Shown piece by piece: positions 34,936 through 45,513 of a stretch of DNA of 64,000 nucleotides. The notes beneath the pieces were generated by a model. The model did not search any database. It was not told the DNA's origin and was given only the letters and a program-made list of their open reading frames with translations. The DNA is from Pseudolabrys sp. (lineage in GTDB: Bacteria > Pseudomonadota > Alphaproteobacteria > Rhizobiales > Xanthobacteraceae): contig JBARNC010000052.1 in NCBI GenBank assembly GCA_049802775.1, forward strand, positions 10,997 to 74,996. The letters are read 5' to 3'. Numbering within the stretch: position 1 is the first letter of the stretch; every line of letters begins with the position of its first letter. The translations under genes were made by a program, and so were the position numbers.

Positions 34936-37401
34936 ATGCAGAGCTTCGATACATCTCTACCCATCGACACGGCGCTGCCGGGGCTTACCGCCGCGCTCTC
35001 CCGAAACAATGCCGCCGTGCTGGTAGCGCCGCCCGGCGCAGGCAAAACCACGCGCGTGCCGCTGGTGCTGCTCGACGAGCCATGGGCAAGAACCAAGAAG
35101 ATTCTTGTTCTGGAGCCGCGCCGGCTCGCTGCCCGTGCAGCGGCGGCACGTATGGCGTCGACGTTGGGTGAGCAGGTTGGTGACACTGTCGGTTTGCGCG
35201 TGCGATTCGGCTCGAAGGTGACCAAACGCACGCGCATAGAGGTCGTAACTGAGGGGGTCTTCACGCGGCTTGTACTCGAGGATCCATCGCTGGATGGCGT
35301 TGCCGCCGTGGTGTTTGACGAATTTCATGAGCGGTCACTGGATGCCGATCTTGGTCTGGCGCTCGCACGCGACGCGCAGCAAGGCTTGCGTCAGGACCTC
35401 AAACTGCTGGTGATGTCAGCGACGCTTGACGGCGCGCGCGTGGCGGCGTTGCTCGACAATGCGCCGGTGATCGAAAGCGAAGGCCGCGCTTTCGCGGTAG
35501 ACACGCGGTATCTCGGCCGTGATCCTCGCGCGCCAATCGAGCGCCAGGTTGCGGAGGCGGTAGAACGCGCATTGCGCGCGGAAACCGGGTCGTTCCTGGT
35601 GTTTCTGCCAGGGGTGGCTGAAATCCGCCGTACCGAGACACTGCTGAAGGAGCGTGTGACGAAAGCAGATGTCGACATTGTCGCGCTCTTTGGCGCGCTT
35701 GAAGCGCGCGAGCAGGACCGGGCAATTTCGTCGTCTCCGGCGGGCCGGCGCAAAGTGGTGCTGGCGACCTCTATCGCAGAAACGTCGCTTACTATCGAAG
35801 GTGTGCGCGTCGTTATTGACAGCGGTCTGGCGCGCGTGCCGCGCTACGAGCCGGATGTAGGCTTAACGAGGTTGGAAACAGTGCGCGTTTCGCGCGCCGC
35901 CGCCGACCAGCGTCGCGGCCGTGCCGGACGCACCGAGCCGGGCGTCTGCTATCGGCTGTGGGACGAGCCACAGACTGGATCGCTGGAGCCCTATACACGC
36001 CCGGAAATCTTGTCGGCCGATTTGTCATCTTTCGTGCTCGACCTTGCCGTATGGGGCACCGTCAATCCAGGAAAGCTCGCGTTTCTTGATGTACCCCCTC
36101 AGGCGGCACTCGGTGAGGCCAGAAGGTTGCTCATGGAGTTGGGAGCCATCAACGCGGATGGCCGCATCACGGAAGAGGGCCGCAAGCTGCGTGCCTTACC
36201 CTTGCCGCCGCGGCTTGCGCGGATGGTGATTGATGCGGCAGCCGAAGGCGCCGGCGCGCTAGCTGCCGGTATCGCCGCCATTCTCACGGAGCGCGGCCTC
36301 GGCGGCGATGACATCGACCTAACCCATCGTCTCGATAATTTCCGACGCGATCGTTCCAGGCGCGCCGAGGATGCGCGCGCGATGGTGAAGCGGTGGGCCG
36401 ACACGGCGGACGGTTCGAAAGAAAGCGGCAAACATTCCCCCGGCTCGCTCCTTGCGCTGGCTTATCCTGACCGTATCGCCAAGGGTCGCGTCGGCGGCAG
36501 CGGCGTCTTCCTTCTCGCCAACGGTCGCGGCGGAGCGGTCGATTCCACATCGCCGCTTGCGCGCGAGCCGTTTCTGGTGGTAGCCGAGCTTACCGGCGTC
36601 GCTGCGGCAAGCCGTATCTTGCTAGCGGCGCCGATCGCGCTTAGCGAGATAGAGGCGCGTTTCGCCGGTCAAATTGAAGATCGGGAGGCGATAACCTTCG
36701 ACAGCGTTTCCGCCTCCTTGCGCTCGCGCCGGAGTCGCCGACTCGGCGCGCTGACGCTGGCTGAGCAATCAAGGTCTGTCACGGTCAATAGCGAAAGTGC
36801 CAAGCTGCTGGCCGAGGGTATTGCTACACTCGGTATCGACAAGCTGCCGTGGAGCAAGCCTCAACTTCAATTGCGCAATCGCGTAATGTTTCTACGCCGG
36901 GCTGAAGGCGATGATTGGCCCGATCTCTCGAACGAGGCGTTGGCGGTCCGCGCTGACGATTGGCTCGCGCCATTCCTGACCGGGAAGACGGCGCTATCTC
37001 AGATTGGCCCCGACGATCTTTCCGGTGCACTCGATACATTAATCTCGTGGAATTTGCGCAAACGGCTCGATGTGGAGGCGCCAACGCATTTTATTGCGCC
37101 ATCTGGCTCGCACGTGCCCATCGACTATGAGGTGGAGGAGGGACCGAAGCTCGCGATCCGCGTGCAGGAATTGTTCGGCCTTGCGGTACATCCTGCGGTC
37201 GCGGGCGGTCGTGTGCCACTGTTAATCGAGTTGCTGTCGCCGGCGCACCGGCCCGTGCAGGTGACGCGCGATCTGCCCGGCTTCTGGCGTGGCAGCTACA
37301 AGGACGTAAGGACCGATCTGCGCGGCCGATATCCAAAACATCCCTGGCCTGATGATCCGCTGACGGCGCCGGCGACCCGCCGTGCCAAGCCTCGCGGCTA
37401 A
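34936..37401 (+). CDS. hrpB: ATP-dependent RNA helicase HrpB (DEAH box)
   Basis: The start was reset to ATG 34936 (MQSFDTSLPID...). Motif I APPGAGKTT, motif II DEFHERS, and the HrpB C-terminal domain. Confidence 0.92.
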   Translation: MQSFDTSLPIDTALPGLTAALSRNNAAVLVAPPGAGKTTRVPLVLLDEPWARTKKILVLEPRRLAARAAAARMASTLGEQVGDTVGLRVRFGSKVTKRTRIEVVTEGVFTRLVLEDPSLDGVAAVVFDEFHERSLDADLGLALARDAQQGLRQDLKLLVMSATLDGARVAALLDNAPVIESEGRAFAVDTRYLGRDPRAPIERQVAEAVERALRAETGSFLVFLPGVAEIRRTETLLKERVTKADVDIVALFGALEAREQDRAISSSPAGRRKVVLATSIAETSLTIEGVRVVIDSGLARVPRYEPDVGLTRLETVRVSRAAADQRRGRAGRTEPGVCYRLWDEPQTGSLEPYTRPEILSADLSSFVLDLAVWGTVNPGKLAFLDVPPQAALGEARRLLMELGAINADGRITEEGRKLRALPLPPRLARMVIDAAAEGAGALAAGIAAILTERGLGGDDIDLTHRLDNFRRDRSRRAEDARAMVKRWADTADGSKESGKHSPGSLLALAYPDRIAKGRVGGSGVFLLANGRGGAVDSTSPLAREPFLVVAELTGVAAASRILLAAPIALSEIEARFAGQIEDREAITFDSVSASLRSRRSRRLGALTLAEQSRSVTVNSESAKLLAEGIATLGIDKLPWSKPQLQLRNRVMFLRRAEGDDWPDLSNEALAVRADDWLAPFLTGKTALSQIGPDDLSGALDTLISWNLRKRLDVEAPTHFIAPSGSHVPIDYEVEEGPKLAIRVQELFGLAVHPAVAGGRVPLLIELLSPAHRPVQVTRDLPGFWRGSYKDVRTDLRGRYPKHPWPDDPLTAPATRRAKPRG

Positions 37402-37546
37402 TAACTCTAGAGGCTGGTACTTTCAATTGTCGCAAATCGACTTACCGGCGACTCACCATGCGCAAAAGCGCACCAAGTTCCAGATGGCCGTTAAGCCCCC
37501 CTTGATCGTCGCATGTCAGGATTACCTGCAACCTGCGGGTTTTGCC

Positions 37547-38033
37547 ATGCGTCAACTATTTGTACTTGCTGTTGCCTTGCTCGTGGCCGGTGTCTATGCC
37601 GCGTTCTATGCCGACCGCGCCGTCAGGACACATCCTGAGTCTCAGGCAGCGGTGGTGCAGCCGGCCAACGAACTGCGCGAGCCAACTAGTTCCGGCCGCA
37701 GCCTGATGTTGGAAAGCGATCGTCAGGGCCATTTCCAGGTCGAGGCTAGGGTCGAGGGGCGGGTTGTCGACTTCGTAGTCGATACCGGCGCATCACTCGT
37801 CGTGCTCCGCGAAACGACCGCCGCGCAAATCGGCATTCGGCTGCAACCGCGCTAAAATCATGGCCGCGCGCGCCACAATCGAACGTATCGAGGTCGGCGG
37901 CATTGCTGTCTATGATGTGCCAGCCATGGTGCTGCCCGACGAGGCGCTGGCGAAAAACTTGCTCGGCGTCTCATTCCTGTCACGGCTCAAGCGCTACGAA
38001 TACGCCAACGGGCGCATGGTGCTCGAACAGTAG
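37547..38033 (+). pseudogene. Retropepsin-like clan AA aspartic protease (TIGR02281-like), disrupted by an internal deletion/frameshift
   Basis: The N-terminal part (TM helix, then GHFQVEARVEGRVVDFVVDTGASLVVL) stops at TAA 37853..37855. The family-typical C-terminus (ATIERIEVGGIAVYDVPAMVLPDEALAKNLLGVSFLSRLKRYEYANGRMVLEQ) continues in another frame to TAG 38031..38033. Confidence 0.6.
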
Positions 38034-38135
38034 GCAAAGACTTCCGGTTTCTCCGCGAATTGACTTGGACGGAGCGCTTTGCGCCTCTCCGGCGTTAGGG
38101 TATTGGATTCGCGCCACCCTTTGTTTGAGGACCTG

Positions 38136-39635
38136 ATGTTTCCAACGCCGAAACCCGCGCTCACCCCAAATACCTACGCCTATGAATCCTCGCCGCTGGT
38201 AAAGCCTACCGGATTTCGCGAATACGATGCGCGTTGGCTCCTGGAAAAAGAAATCAACCTGATGGGCGTGCAGGCACTTGGGCTTGGTCTTGGCACACTT
38301 ATTCGCGAACTGAACGTCAAACCAGAGATCATCACCGGCCATGATTTCCGCAGCTATTCGTCGGCGGTGAAGATGGCGTTGGTCTCCGGCTTGATGGCGT
38401 CAGGATGCAAAGTGCACGACATCGGCCTAGCGATCACGCCGATGGCCTATTTCGCCCAATTTGAACTCAACGTGCCTTGTGTCGCCATGGTCACGGCCTC
38501 GCACAATGACAATGGATGGACGGGCGTGAAGATGGGCGCCAACCGGCCGCTTACGTTCGGGCCGGTGGAGATGAAGCGGCTGAAGGAAATTGTGCTGGGG
38601 GCTAAGTTCGATTTCAAAGATAGCGGCAGCTACGTGTTTGTGGAGAATTTCCCCGAACGCTACATTACTGATCTGACCAAACGGCCGAAGCTCAAGCGCA
38701 AGCTCAAAGTGATTGCCGCTTGCGGCAATGGTACCGCCGGCGCGTTTGCGCCGAGAATTCTACAAGCAGTTGGCTGTGAAGTGGTGCCGCTCGATTGCAA
38801 TCTCGACCACACTTTCCCGCGGTACAATCCCAACACCGAAGACATGAAAATGTTGCACGCCATGCGTGACGCTGTGTTGGTCAACAAGGCCGACGTCGCG
38901 CTCGGCTTCGATGGCGACGGGGATCGTTGCGGTGTGGTTGACAACGAAGGTGAGGAGATTTTTGCCGACAAGGTGGGCGTGATGCTAGCGCGCGACATGT
39001 CGGCGCTGCACCGGAACACGACCTTCGTGGTCGACGTGAAATCGACTGGCCTGTTCCTCACCGACCCGGTGCTGAAAGCCAACGGCGTCAAGGTCGACTA
39101 CTGGAAGACCGGCCATTCCTACATCAAGCGGCGTGTCAACGAACTCGGCGCGGTCGCCGGCTTCGAGAAGTCCGGGCACTTCTTCTTCAACAAGCCGTTT
39201 GGCCGCGGCTATGACGATGGCATGATCTTCGCGCTCGCCGTTTGCGACATGCTCGACCGCAATCCAGGCAAGAGCATGGCCGATCTGCGCAAGGCGTTAC
39301 CGAAGACCTGGGGCTCGCCTACTATGTCGCCGCATTGCGATGATGAGAAGAAATACGCGGTGGTGGACGCGGTCGTGAAGCAATTCGAGGCGGCCAAAGC
39401 AGACGGGACGAAAGTCGCTGGCCAGCCGATCCGTGAACTGGTTACCGTGAACGGTGTGCGCGTCACTGTCGAGGACGGTACTTGGGGTTTAGTGCGTGCC
39501 TCATCGAATAAGCCCGAGCTGGTGGTCGTGGTCGAAAGTCCCGTGTCGGAACAGCGCATGCGTGAGATGTTCCAGGCCGTCGACGGCGTAATTCGCACGC
39601 ATCCGGAAGTGGGCGCCTACAATCAAACGATTTGA
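38136..39635 (+). CDS. Phosphomannomutase/phosphoglucomutase
   Basis: The start was reset to ATG 38136. Phosphoserine loop TASHNDNGWTG and Mg loop GFDGDGDRCG. Confidence 0.9.
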   Translation: MFPTPKPALTPNTYAYESSPLVKPTGFREYDARWLLEKEINLMGVQALGLGLGTLIRELNVKPEIITGHDFRSYSSAVKMALVSGLMASGCKVHDIGLAITPMAYFAQFELNVPCVAMVTASHNDNGWTGVKMGANRPLTFGPVEMKRLKEIVLGAKFDFKDSGSYVFVENFPERYITDLTKRPKLKRKLKVIAACGNGTAGAFAPRILQAVGCEVVPLDCNLDHTFPRYNPNTEDMKMLHAMRDAVLVNKADVALGFDGDGDRCGVVDNEGEEIFADKVGVMLARDMSALHRNTTFVVDVKSTGLFLTDPVLKANGVKVDYWKTGHSYIKRRVNELGAVAGFEKSGHFFFNKPFGRGYDDGMIFALAVCDMLDRNPGKSMADLRKALPKTWGSPTMSPHCDDEKKYAVVDAVVKQFEAAKADGTKVAGQPIRELVTVNGVRVTVEDGTWGLVRASSNKPELVVVVESPVSEQRMREMFQAVDGVIRTHPEVGAYNQTI

Positions 39636-39690
39636 TTTTCTGCCTTTATCGGCCTCAGGATGAGGCGGATTGAGTTCGGATCGGAGTTCA

Positions 39691-40839
39691 ATGCACATTG
39701 CCATTCTCGGCGCCGGCCCCGCGGGCCTTTATCTCGCGTATTTAGTCAAGCGTCGCTGGCCTGACGTCGACGTCACCGTCATCGAGCAGAATCCGGCCGA
39801 CGGGACCTTCGGCTTCGGCGTTGTGTTCTCCGACCGGGCCCTGGAATTCTTGCGCGAGGACGACGAGGAAACGTACGCTGCAATCGCTCCGCACATGGAG
39901 TCTTGGAGCGACATCGTCATCGTCCATCGTGGCGAACGCGTGGTAATCGATGGCGTTGGATTTGCTGCCATCGGCCGGCTCAAGCTGCTGCAATTGTTGC
40001 AGGCACGGGCCCACTCGGTTGGCGTTGAGCCGGTCTACCGGCGCTTAGTGAAAAACCTTTGCGAACTGAATGACGTCGACCTCACCGTGGGGGCGGATGG
40101 AGTCAATTCGCTTGTAAGACGTAGCTACGAAAAAGAGTTCGGCGCTAGCACGCGCCTGCTGACCAATCGCTTCGCCTGGTTCGGTACGACCAAGCCCTTT
40201 GAAACATTGACCCAGACTTTCGTTGAGACCGAACTCGGATCTTTTAACGCGCATCATTACCGATACGCGCCAAATCTCAGCACGTTTATCGTCGAGGTCG
40301 ATCAAACTACCTTTGCGCGTGCCGGCTTCGCGCACATGCGCGAAGTGGAAGCTCGGGCGCTATGCGAACGCGTGTTTGCGCGAACCTTGGATAATCACGC
40401 GTTGATCTCGAACAACTCGATCTGGCGGCAATTTCCGATCGTGCACAATAAGCATTGGTGGGTTCGCAACTGCGTGCTCATCGGCGATGCCCTGCACACC
40501 GCGCATTTTTCAATTGGTTCCGGCACGCGGCTTGCGATGGAGGACGCGATCGCACTCGACAAGGCGCTGGCAGCGCATTCAAGCAATATCGGCGCAGCGC
40601 TCGCCGCCTACGAAGCAACGCGGCGGCCGATCCTAGAGAAGCTGGTATCAGGCGCCAATGGGAGTGCAAACTGGTACGAGCACTTCGCCGAGCATATGCA
40701 ACTTGCACCGGTCGATTTTGCCATGGGCTACGTGACACGCTCCGGTCGAGTTGATCTCGATCGCTTGCGCGTGCTCTCGCCGCTTTTCGTAGAACGCTTC
40801 GAACAGGAAGGCAAAGGGAATGGACACCATGCTCGATGA
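39691..40839 (+). CDS. FAD-dependent aromatic-ring monooxygenase (class A flavoprotein hydroxylase-like)
   Basis: The start was reset to ATG 39691 (MHIAILGAGPAGLYLA). Motifs GADGVNSLVR and GDALHTAHFSIGSGTRLAMEDA. Confidence 0.8.
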   Translation: MHIAILGAGPAGLYLAYLVKRRWPDVDVTVIEQNPADGTFGFGVVFSDRALEFLREDDEETYAAIAPHMESWSDIVIVHRGERVVIDGVGFAAIGRLKLLQLLQARAHSVGVEPVYRRLVKNLCELNDVDLTVGADGVNSLVRRSYEKEFGASTRLLTNRFAWFGTTKPFETLTQTFVETELGSFNAHHYRYAPNLSTFIVEVDQTTFARAGFAHMREVEARALCERVFARTLDNHALISNNSIWRQFPIVHNKHWWVRNCVLIGDALHTAHFSIGSGTRLAMEDAIALDKALAAHSSNIGAALAAYEATRRPILEKLVSGANGSANWYEHFAEHMQLAPVDFAMGYVTRSGRVDLDRLRVLSPLFVERFEQEGKGNGHHAR

Positions 40840-40979
40840 AATCACACGGGTGGTCGGCGATACATAGTGCTGCCGGCAAGGTGCTCGAAGCATCGGGAAC
40901 GGTCGAGGCCGCTGCCACGAGCCTTCAGCGTTGCATTGCAGGTTTTCTTGTCCGCGTTGCCGTCTGACGTGGCGCCGTA

Positions 40980-41837
40980 CTAATCTTTCTCTTCCTTGAA
41001 TGTCTCGCGAAAAGGATGTGCGGGATAAACGCCCAGCACGGTCAACTCCTTGGAGAAGAAGGCAAGCTCTTCAAGCGCAAATACGAGCGCTCGGTCGTCT
41101 GGATGACCCTCGACGTCTGCATAGAACTGCGTAGCGAAGAAATTGCCGCCAATCATATAGCTCTCGAGCTTGGTCATGTTCACGCCATTGGTCGCGAAGC
41201 CACCGAGCGCCTTGTAGAGCGCTGCCGGCACGTTACGCACCCTGAACACAAAGGTCGTTATGACCTTGCCCTTACCCGGCTGCGCCCATTTTTTCTCACG
41301 CGATAGCACGACGAAGCGCGTGGTTGAATGTGACTCGTCTTCGACATTTTCTTTAAGGATCTCGAGGCCGTAAATTTCCGCTGCCAGCCGTGAAGCGATC
41401 GCCGCCTGGGTAGCATCCTTGGCTTCGGCGACCTCACGCGCCGAACCGGCGGTATCGGCGGCGACCACCGGCCTGAGCTTCAGTTCGCGGATAACATTGC
41501 GGCACTGGCCGAGTGCCATCACGTGACTTTGCACCGTCTTGATGGTTTTTAGGCTCGCGCCTTTTGGCGCCATCAGCTGGTTGCGGATCGGAAGAAACCA
41601 TTCGGCGATGATGTGCAGACCCGCAGTCGGCATTAAATGATGGATGTCGGCAACCCGGCCGGCGACCGAATTCTCGATTGGGATCATCCCAAGATCAACG
41701 TCACCGGCAACGAGCGCGGTGAAGCAATCCTCGAAGGTCGGGCAGGGCACCGGCTCGTGATCCGGATAGGCTTCGCGACAGGCAAGATGCGAATTTGCCC
41801 CCGGCTCTCCCTGAAAGATGATCTTCTTCTTAGCCAT
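40980..41837 (-). CDS. pheA: Prephenate dehydratase (monofunctional, with ACT domain)
   Basis: ORF of 285 aa: FQGEPGANSHLA, TRF motif in STTRFVVLS, and a C-terminal ACT region. Confidence 0.92.
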   Translation of the reverse strand: MAKKKIIFQGEPGANSHLACREAYPDHEPVPCPTFEDCFTALVAGDVDLGMIPIENSVAGRVADIHHLMPTAGLHIIAEWFLPIRNQLMAPKGASLKTIKTVQSHVMALGQCRNVIRELKLRPVVAADTAGSAREVAEAKDATQAAIASRLAAEIYGLEILKENVEDESHSTTRFVVLSREKKWAQPGKGKVITTFVFRVRNVPAALYKALGGFATNGVNMTKLESYMIGGNFFATQFYADVEGHPDDRALVFALEELAFFSKELTVLGVYPAHPFRETFKEEKD

Positions 41838-41938
41838 GTCCCGCCGCGCTTTTGCTGGCGCACGATCTTGTCAAAAAGTGGTAACCGCTATTCGGGATCA
41901 TGCACCCGCCGTTCCGTACGCAGACCTTCGCGCTTGAG

Positions 41939-42667
41939 TCAACCGTCGAGCAGCTTGCGCGTTTTTTCCAAATCCTCCGGTGTGTCGACGCCGAGCGGCA
42001 CGCTCTTTACCACCATCACATCGATACGCATGCCGGCGTCGAGCGCGCGCAGTTGCTCCAGTTTCTCGCGCTGCTCATTAGCCGAGGGTGGCAATTTGAC
42101 GAAACGCTCTAACGCCGTGCGACGATAGGCATAGAGCCCGATATGATGATAGTGCGGGCCAGCGCCGGTCGCGTTTTTGCGCGTGAAGGTTCTTGCCTGA
42201 AAGCGATTAGGCGCGATCTGTGGCCCCGAAACCTTAACGACGTTTAGATTTATGCGTTCGGCGGAATCGGTAATAACAGCCGCGAGTGTGGCGATGTCGA
42301 CCTGCGCGTCGTCAAGCGGTTTGAGCGCGGCACGGATGTCGGCAGGATTGATAGTCGGCAGATCTCCCTGCACGTTCACGACAATATCCACGCGGTGTTC
42401 GGGGTCGAGCGCTTCCAACGCTTCGTAGACGCGGTCCGACCCTGACACATGGTCGCTGCGCGTCATAACTGCTCGGCCGCCCGCTTTTTCAACTGCTGCC
42501 GCAACCGCTTCGGAGTCCGTTGCCACGACCACGTCTCCAATTCTGGCGGCTTCAGCGCGTCGAAGCACGTGCACGATCATGGGGGCGCCGTGCAGATCGG
42601 CGAGTGGCTTGCCTGGCAAGCGTGTGGACGCGAGGCGCGCCGGGATGAGGATGATTGCGTCTGGCAT
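41939..42667 (-). CDS. kdsB: 3-deoxy-manno-octulosonate cytidylyltransferase (CMP-Kdo synthetase)
   Basis: The start was reset to ATG 42667 ([22 protein letters not shown]). The track ORF extends to 42763. Confidence 0.92.
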   Translation of the reverse strand: MPDAIILIPARLASTRLPGKPLADLHGAPMIVHVLRRAEAARIGDVVVATDSEAVAAAVEKAGGRAVMTRSDHVSGSDRVYEALEALDPEHRVDIVVNVQGDLPTINPADIRAALKPLDDAQVDIATLAAVITDSAERINLNVVKVSGPQIAPNRFQARTFTRKNATGAGPHYHHIGLYAYRRTALERFVKLPPSANEQREKLEQLRALDAGMRIDVMVVKSVPLGVDTPEDLEKTRKLLDG

Positions 42668-42831
42668 CGGGGTTGCCGGAGCGCCCGGCTCCGCATGACG
42701 GATGTCTAAAATGCCGCAGGCGCTTATACGGGTTGCCAGAGGCCAGGCAAACCGGTATCTCATCGCCGCCGCTAGGGCCCTGGCGGTGACCGCCCCGAAC
42801 CGTCACGTCCCGCTCCGGGAGCCGTAATTCG

Positions 42832-43419
42832 ATGAATTCCTTCGAACTCAACAAAATTCTCGGCGCCATCCTCGGTACCTGCCTGATCATGCTCGCGCTC
42901 AATATCGGTGCGGGCGCTATTTTTGCGCCCGAGAAGCCGGCAAAGCCCGGTTTTAACATTGCGGTCAAAGAGTACGGCGAGGGCGAGAAAGGTGGCGCGG
43001 CCAAAGAGCCCGAGCAGCCGATCGAAACGTTGCTCGCCAAAGCCTCGGTGGAAAAGGGACAAGCCGCCGCCAAGCAGTGCCAAGCCTGTCATACATTCGA
43101 GAAGGGCGGCCCGAACCGCGTTGGCCCCAATTTGTGGAACGTTGTGAACCGCACTCGCGCATCCGAGGCGGGCTTCAATTATTCGGCGGCGATGAAGGGC
43201 AAAGCCGGAAACTGGAGCTTCGACGAACTCAACAAGTTCCTCGCCAACCCGCGCAGCTATATCCCCGGGACTGCTATGACTTTTGCTGGCTTGTCGCGTG
43301 CGGAGCAGCGCGCCGACGTGATCGATTATCTGCACACCCTGGCAGACAATCCGGTGCCGCTGCCCAAGGCAGCTGAAAGCGCACCGCCGCCCGCGGGTGG
43401 CGAACCGGCCAAGAAATAG
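42832..43419 (+). CDS. cycM: Membrane-anchored mitochondrial-type cytochrome c
   Basis: N-terminal TM anchor, haem motif CQACHTF, and distal Met region PGTAMTF. The cycM-kdsB-pheA neighbourhood is as recalled for Bradyrhizobium. Confidence 0.85.
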   Translation: MNSFELNKILGAILGTCLIMLALNIGAGAIFAPEKPAKPGFNIAVKEYGEGEKGGAAKEPEQPIETLLAKASVEKGQAAAKQCQACHTFEKGGPNRVGPNLWNVVNRTRASEAGFNYSAAMKGKAGNWSFDELNKFLANPRSYIPGTAMTFAGLSRAEQRADVIDYLHTLADNPVPLPKAAESAPPPAGGEPAKK

Positions 43420-43619
43420 TCGAAACGGATGAAGTACTCGTCAAACGACCGGGCCATTTTCTCCGGCTGGTTTGCTTTGAACGGTCATTGCGGCGTTTGG
43501 CCACGGAGATTTGGGGTGGCCCGGACCGAAGACGGGGTTTCACGGCTGGCGGGGAACCGAAAAACCGACATAATCACCGGCGACTGCATTGCGAAGGCGT
43601 TACGCGCCGGAGTTGTTGC

Positions 43620-45509
43620 ATGAAATATAGCCGTCGATCGGTGCTGCGGGCCACCGCAGCCACATTCGCTGCGCCCGCGTTCGGCGCGCTCGGTGCGGGA
43701 TCGCTTTCCGATCAAGCTTCTGCCCAGGCACGCGTCTGGAAGCACGGGTTGTCGTTATTCGGCGACTTAAAATACCCCGTAGGCTTTAAGAATTTTGACT
43801 ACGTCAATCCGGCCGCGCCGCAGGGCGGCGTGGTGCGCCAGATTGCCTTCGGTACTTTCGACAATTTCAATCTTGTGGTGGCCGGCGTGAAGGGCAGTAT
43901 TGCCGGTGGCACCGAGCTGTATACCGAAACGCTGATGGCTTCGGCGCTGGACGAGGTCTCGACCGAATACGGAATGCTGGCGGAAGCAGTCAGCCATCCG
44001 GACGATCATTCGTCGGTCACCTATCGTTTGAATCCGCAAGCACGCTGGCACGACGGCAAGCCAGTGATGGCGGACGACGTGACTTATTCCTTCGACGTGT
44101 TCAAGAAGAACAGTCCGTTTTACGGCGCTTACTACCGCCATGTCACCAAGGTGGAGACGACCGGAGAACGCGAGATCACCTTTACCTTCGACGGGCCAGG
44201 CAATCGTGAACTGCCACAAATCGTCGGCCAGTTGCCAGTTCTACCAAAACATTGGTGGGAAGGCACCGACAAGTCCGGCCGCAAAAGAGACGTCACCCAG
44301 ACCACACTTGAGCCGCCCCTCGGCTCCGGGCCGTACCGGCTCAAGGATTTTGTGCCCGGCCATTCACTGGTTTACGAAAAGGTCGACGACTATTGGGGCA
44401 AGGATCTTAACGTCATCATCGGCACCCGTAATTTCCAGACAATTCGCTACGAGTATTTCCGCGATTCTACGGTTGCACTCGAGGCTTTCAAAGGCGACCA
44501 GGTTGATTGGCGCGTCGAGAATAGTGCCAAGGACTGGGCCAACTCCTACGATTTCCCTGCTGTGCGAGATAAGCGGGTGGTGCGGGAGGAGTTTCCGATT
44601 CGCAATGTTGGCGTGATGCAGGCCTTCGCCTTCAACATTCGCCGCGACAAATTTAGGGATCCGCGCGTTCGCAGCGCCTTTAACTTCGCTTTCGATTTCG
44701 AGGAAATGAATCGCCAGTTATTTTTCGACCAGTACAAACGGATCGCCAGCTATTTCGAAGGGACCGAACTCGCCGCCACCGGCGTTCCCTCCGGCAAGGA
44801 ATTGGAAATTCTCGAAACAGTGCGCGACAAGGTGCCGGCCGAGCTCTTCGCAAAGCCCTACGTCAATCCGGCCGGGGGCAATCCCCAGGCAGTGCGCAAT
44901 AACTTACGTGAGGCGCTTACGTTGTTCCGCGACGCCGGTTATGAGATCAAGGATACCAAACTCGTTAACGCGAAGACTGGCGAACCATTTCAAGTTGAGT
45001 TCTTGGTGGATGAACCCGCCGCCCAGCGCTTCGTATTATTCTACAAGCCCTCGCTTGAGCGTATCGGTATGAAAGTAGACGTGCGCGTCGTCGACTCCGC
45101 ACAATACGAGAACCGGCTGCGGCAATGGGACTTCGACATCATCGTTGCGTCCTGGCGCCAATCGCTGTCGCCTGGTAACGAGCAACGCGACTTCTGGAGC
45201 GCGGCCGCGGCCGACCAGCCCGGGTCGCGCAATCTGATCGGCATAAAGAACCCGGCGGTGGATACGCTGATCGAACGTGTGATTTTCACTAAGGATCGTG
45301 AGGATTTGGTTGCCGCCACCAAGGCGCTCGACCGTGTGCTGCTGTGGAATTTCTATGTCGTTCCGCAATGGACTTACGGGAACCAGCGCACAGCGCGCTG
45401 GGATCGCTTTGGCCGCCCGCAGACCATGCCGAAATACGGAGCGGCTGCATTTCCGACCGTCTGGTGGTGGGACGCGGCGAAAGCGGCCAATGTGCCGCAA
45501 CGATCGTAA
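43620..45509 (+). CDS. yejA: YejA-type family-5 periplasmic peptide-binding protein, paralogue 1
   Basis: The start was reset to ATG 43620 (MKYSRRSVLRATAATFAAPAFGA, Tat-like leader). 629 aa. Confidence 0.85.
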   Translation: MKYSRRSVLRATAATFAAPAFGALGAGSLSDQASAQARVWKHGLSLFGDLKYPVGFKNFDYVNPAAPQGGVVRQIAFGTFDNFNLVVAGVKGSIAGGTELYTETLMASALDEVSTEYGMLAEAVSHPDDHSSVTYRLNPQARWHDGKPVMADDVTYSFDVFKKNSPFYGAYYRHVTKVETTGEREITFTFDGPGNRELPQIVGQLPVLPKHWWEGTDKSGRKRDVTQTTLEPPLGSGPYRLKDFVPGHSLVYEKVDDYWGKDLNVIIGTRNFQTIRYEYFRDSTVALEAFKGDQVDWRVENSAKDWANSYDFPAVRDKRVVREEFPIRNVGVMQAFAFNIRRDKFRDPRVRSAFNFAFDFEEMNRQLFFDQYKRIASYFEGTELAATGVPSGKELEILETVRDKVPAELFAKPYVNPAGGNPQAVRNNLREALTLFRDAGYEIKDTKLVNAKTGEPFQVEFLVDEPAAQRFVLFYKPSLERIGMKVDVRVVDSAQYENRLRQWDFDIIVASWRQSLSPGNEQRDFWSAAAADQPGSRNLIGIKNPAVDTLIERVIFTKDREDLVAATKALDRVLLWNFYVVPQWTYGNQRTARWDRFGRPQTMPKYGAAAFPTVWWWDAAKAANVPQRS

Positions 45510-45513
45510 ACCG

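Noticed and set aside
37860-38136. ATG 37860 57-aa ORF as a stand-alone gene, and ORF 37903..38136 (77 aa)
   Set aside because: The first is the C-terminal half of the disrupted aspartic protease, not an independent gene. The second is an alternative-frame, Cys/Trp-rich artefact.
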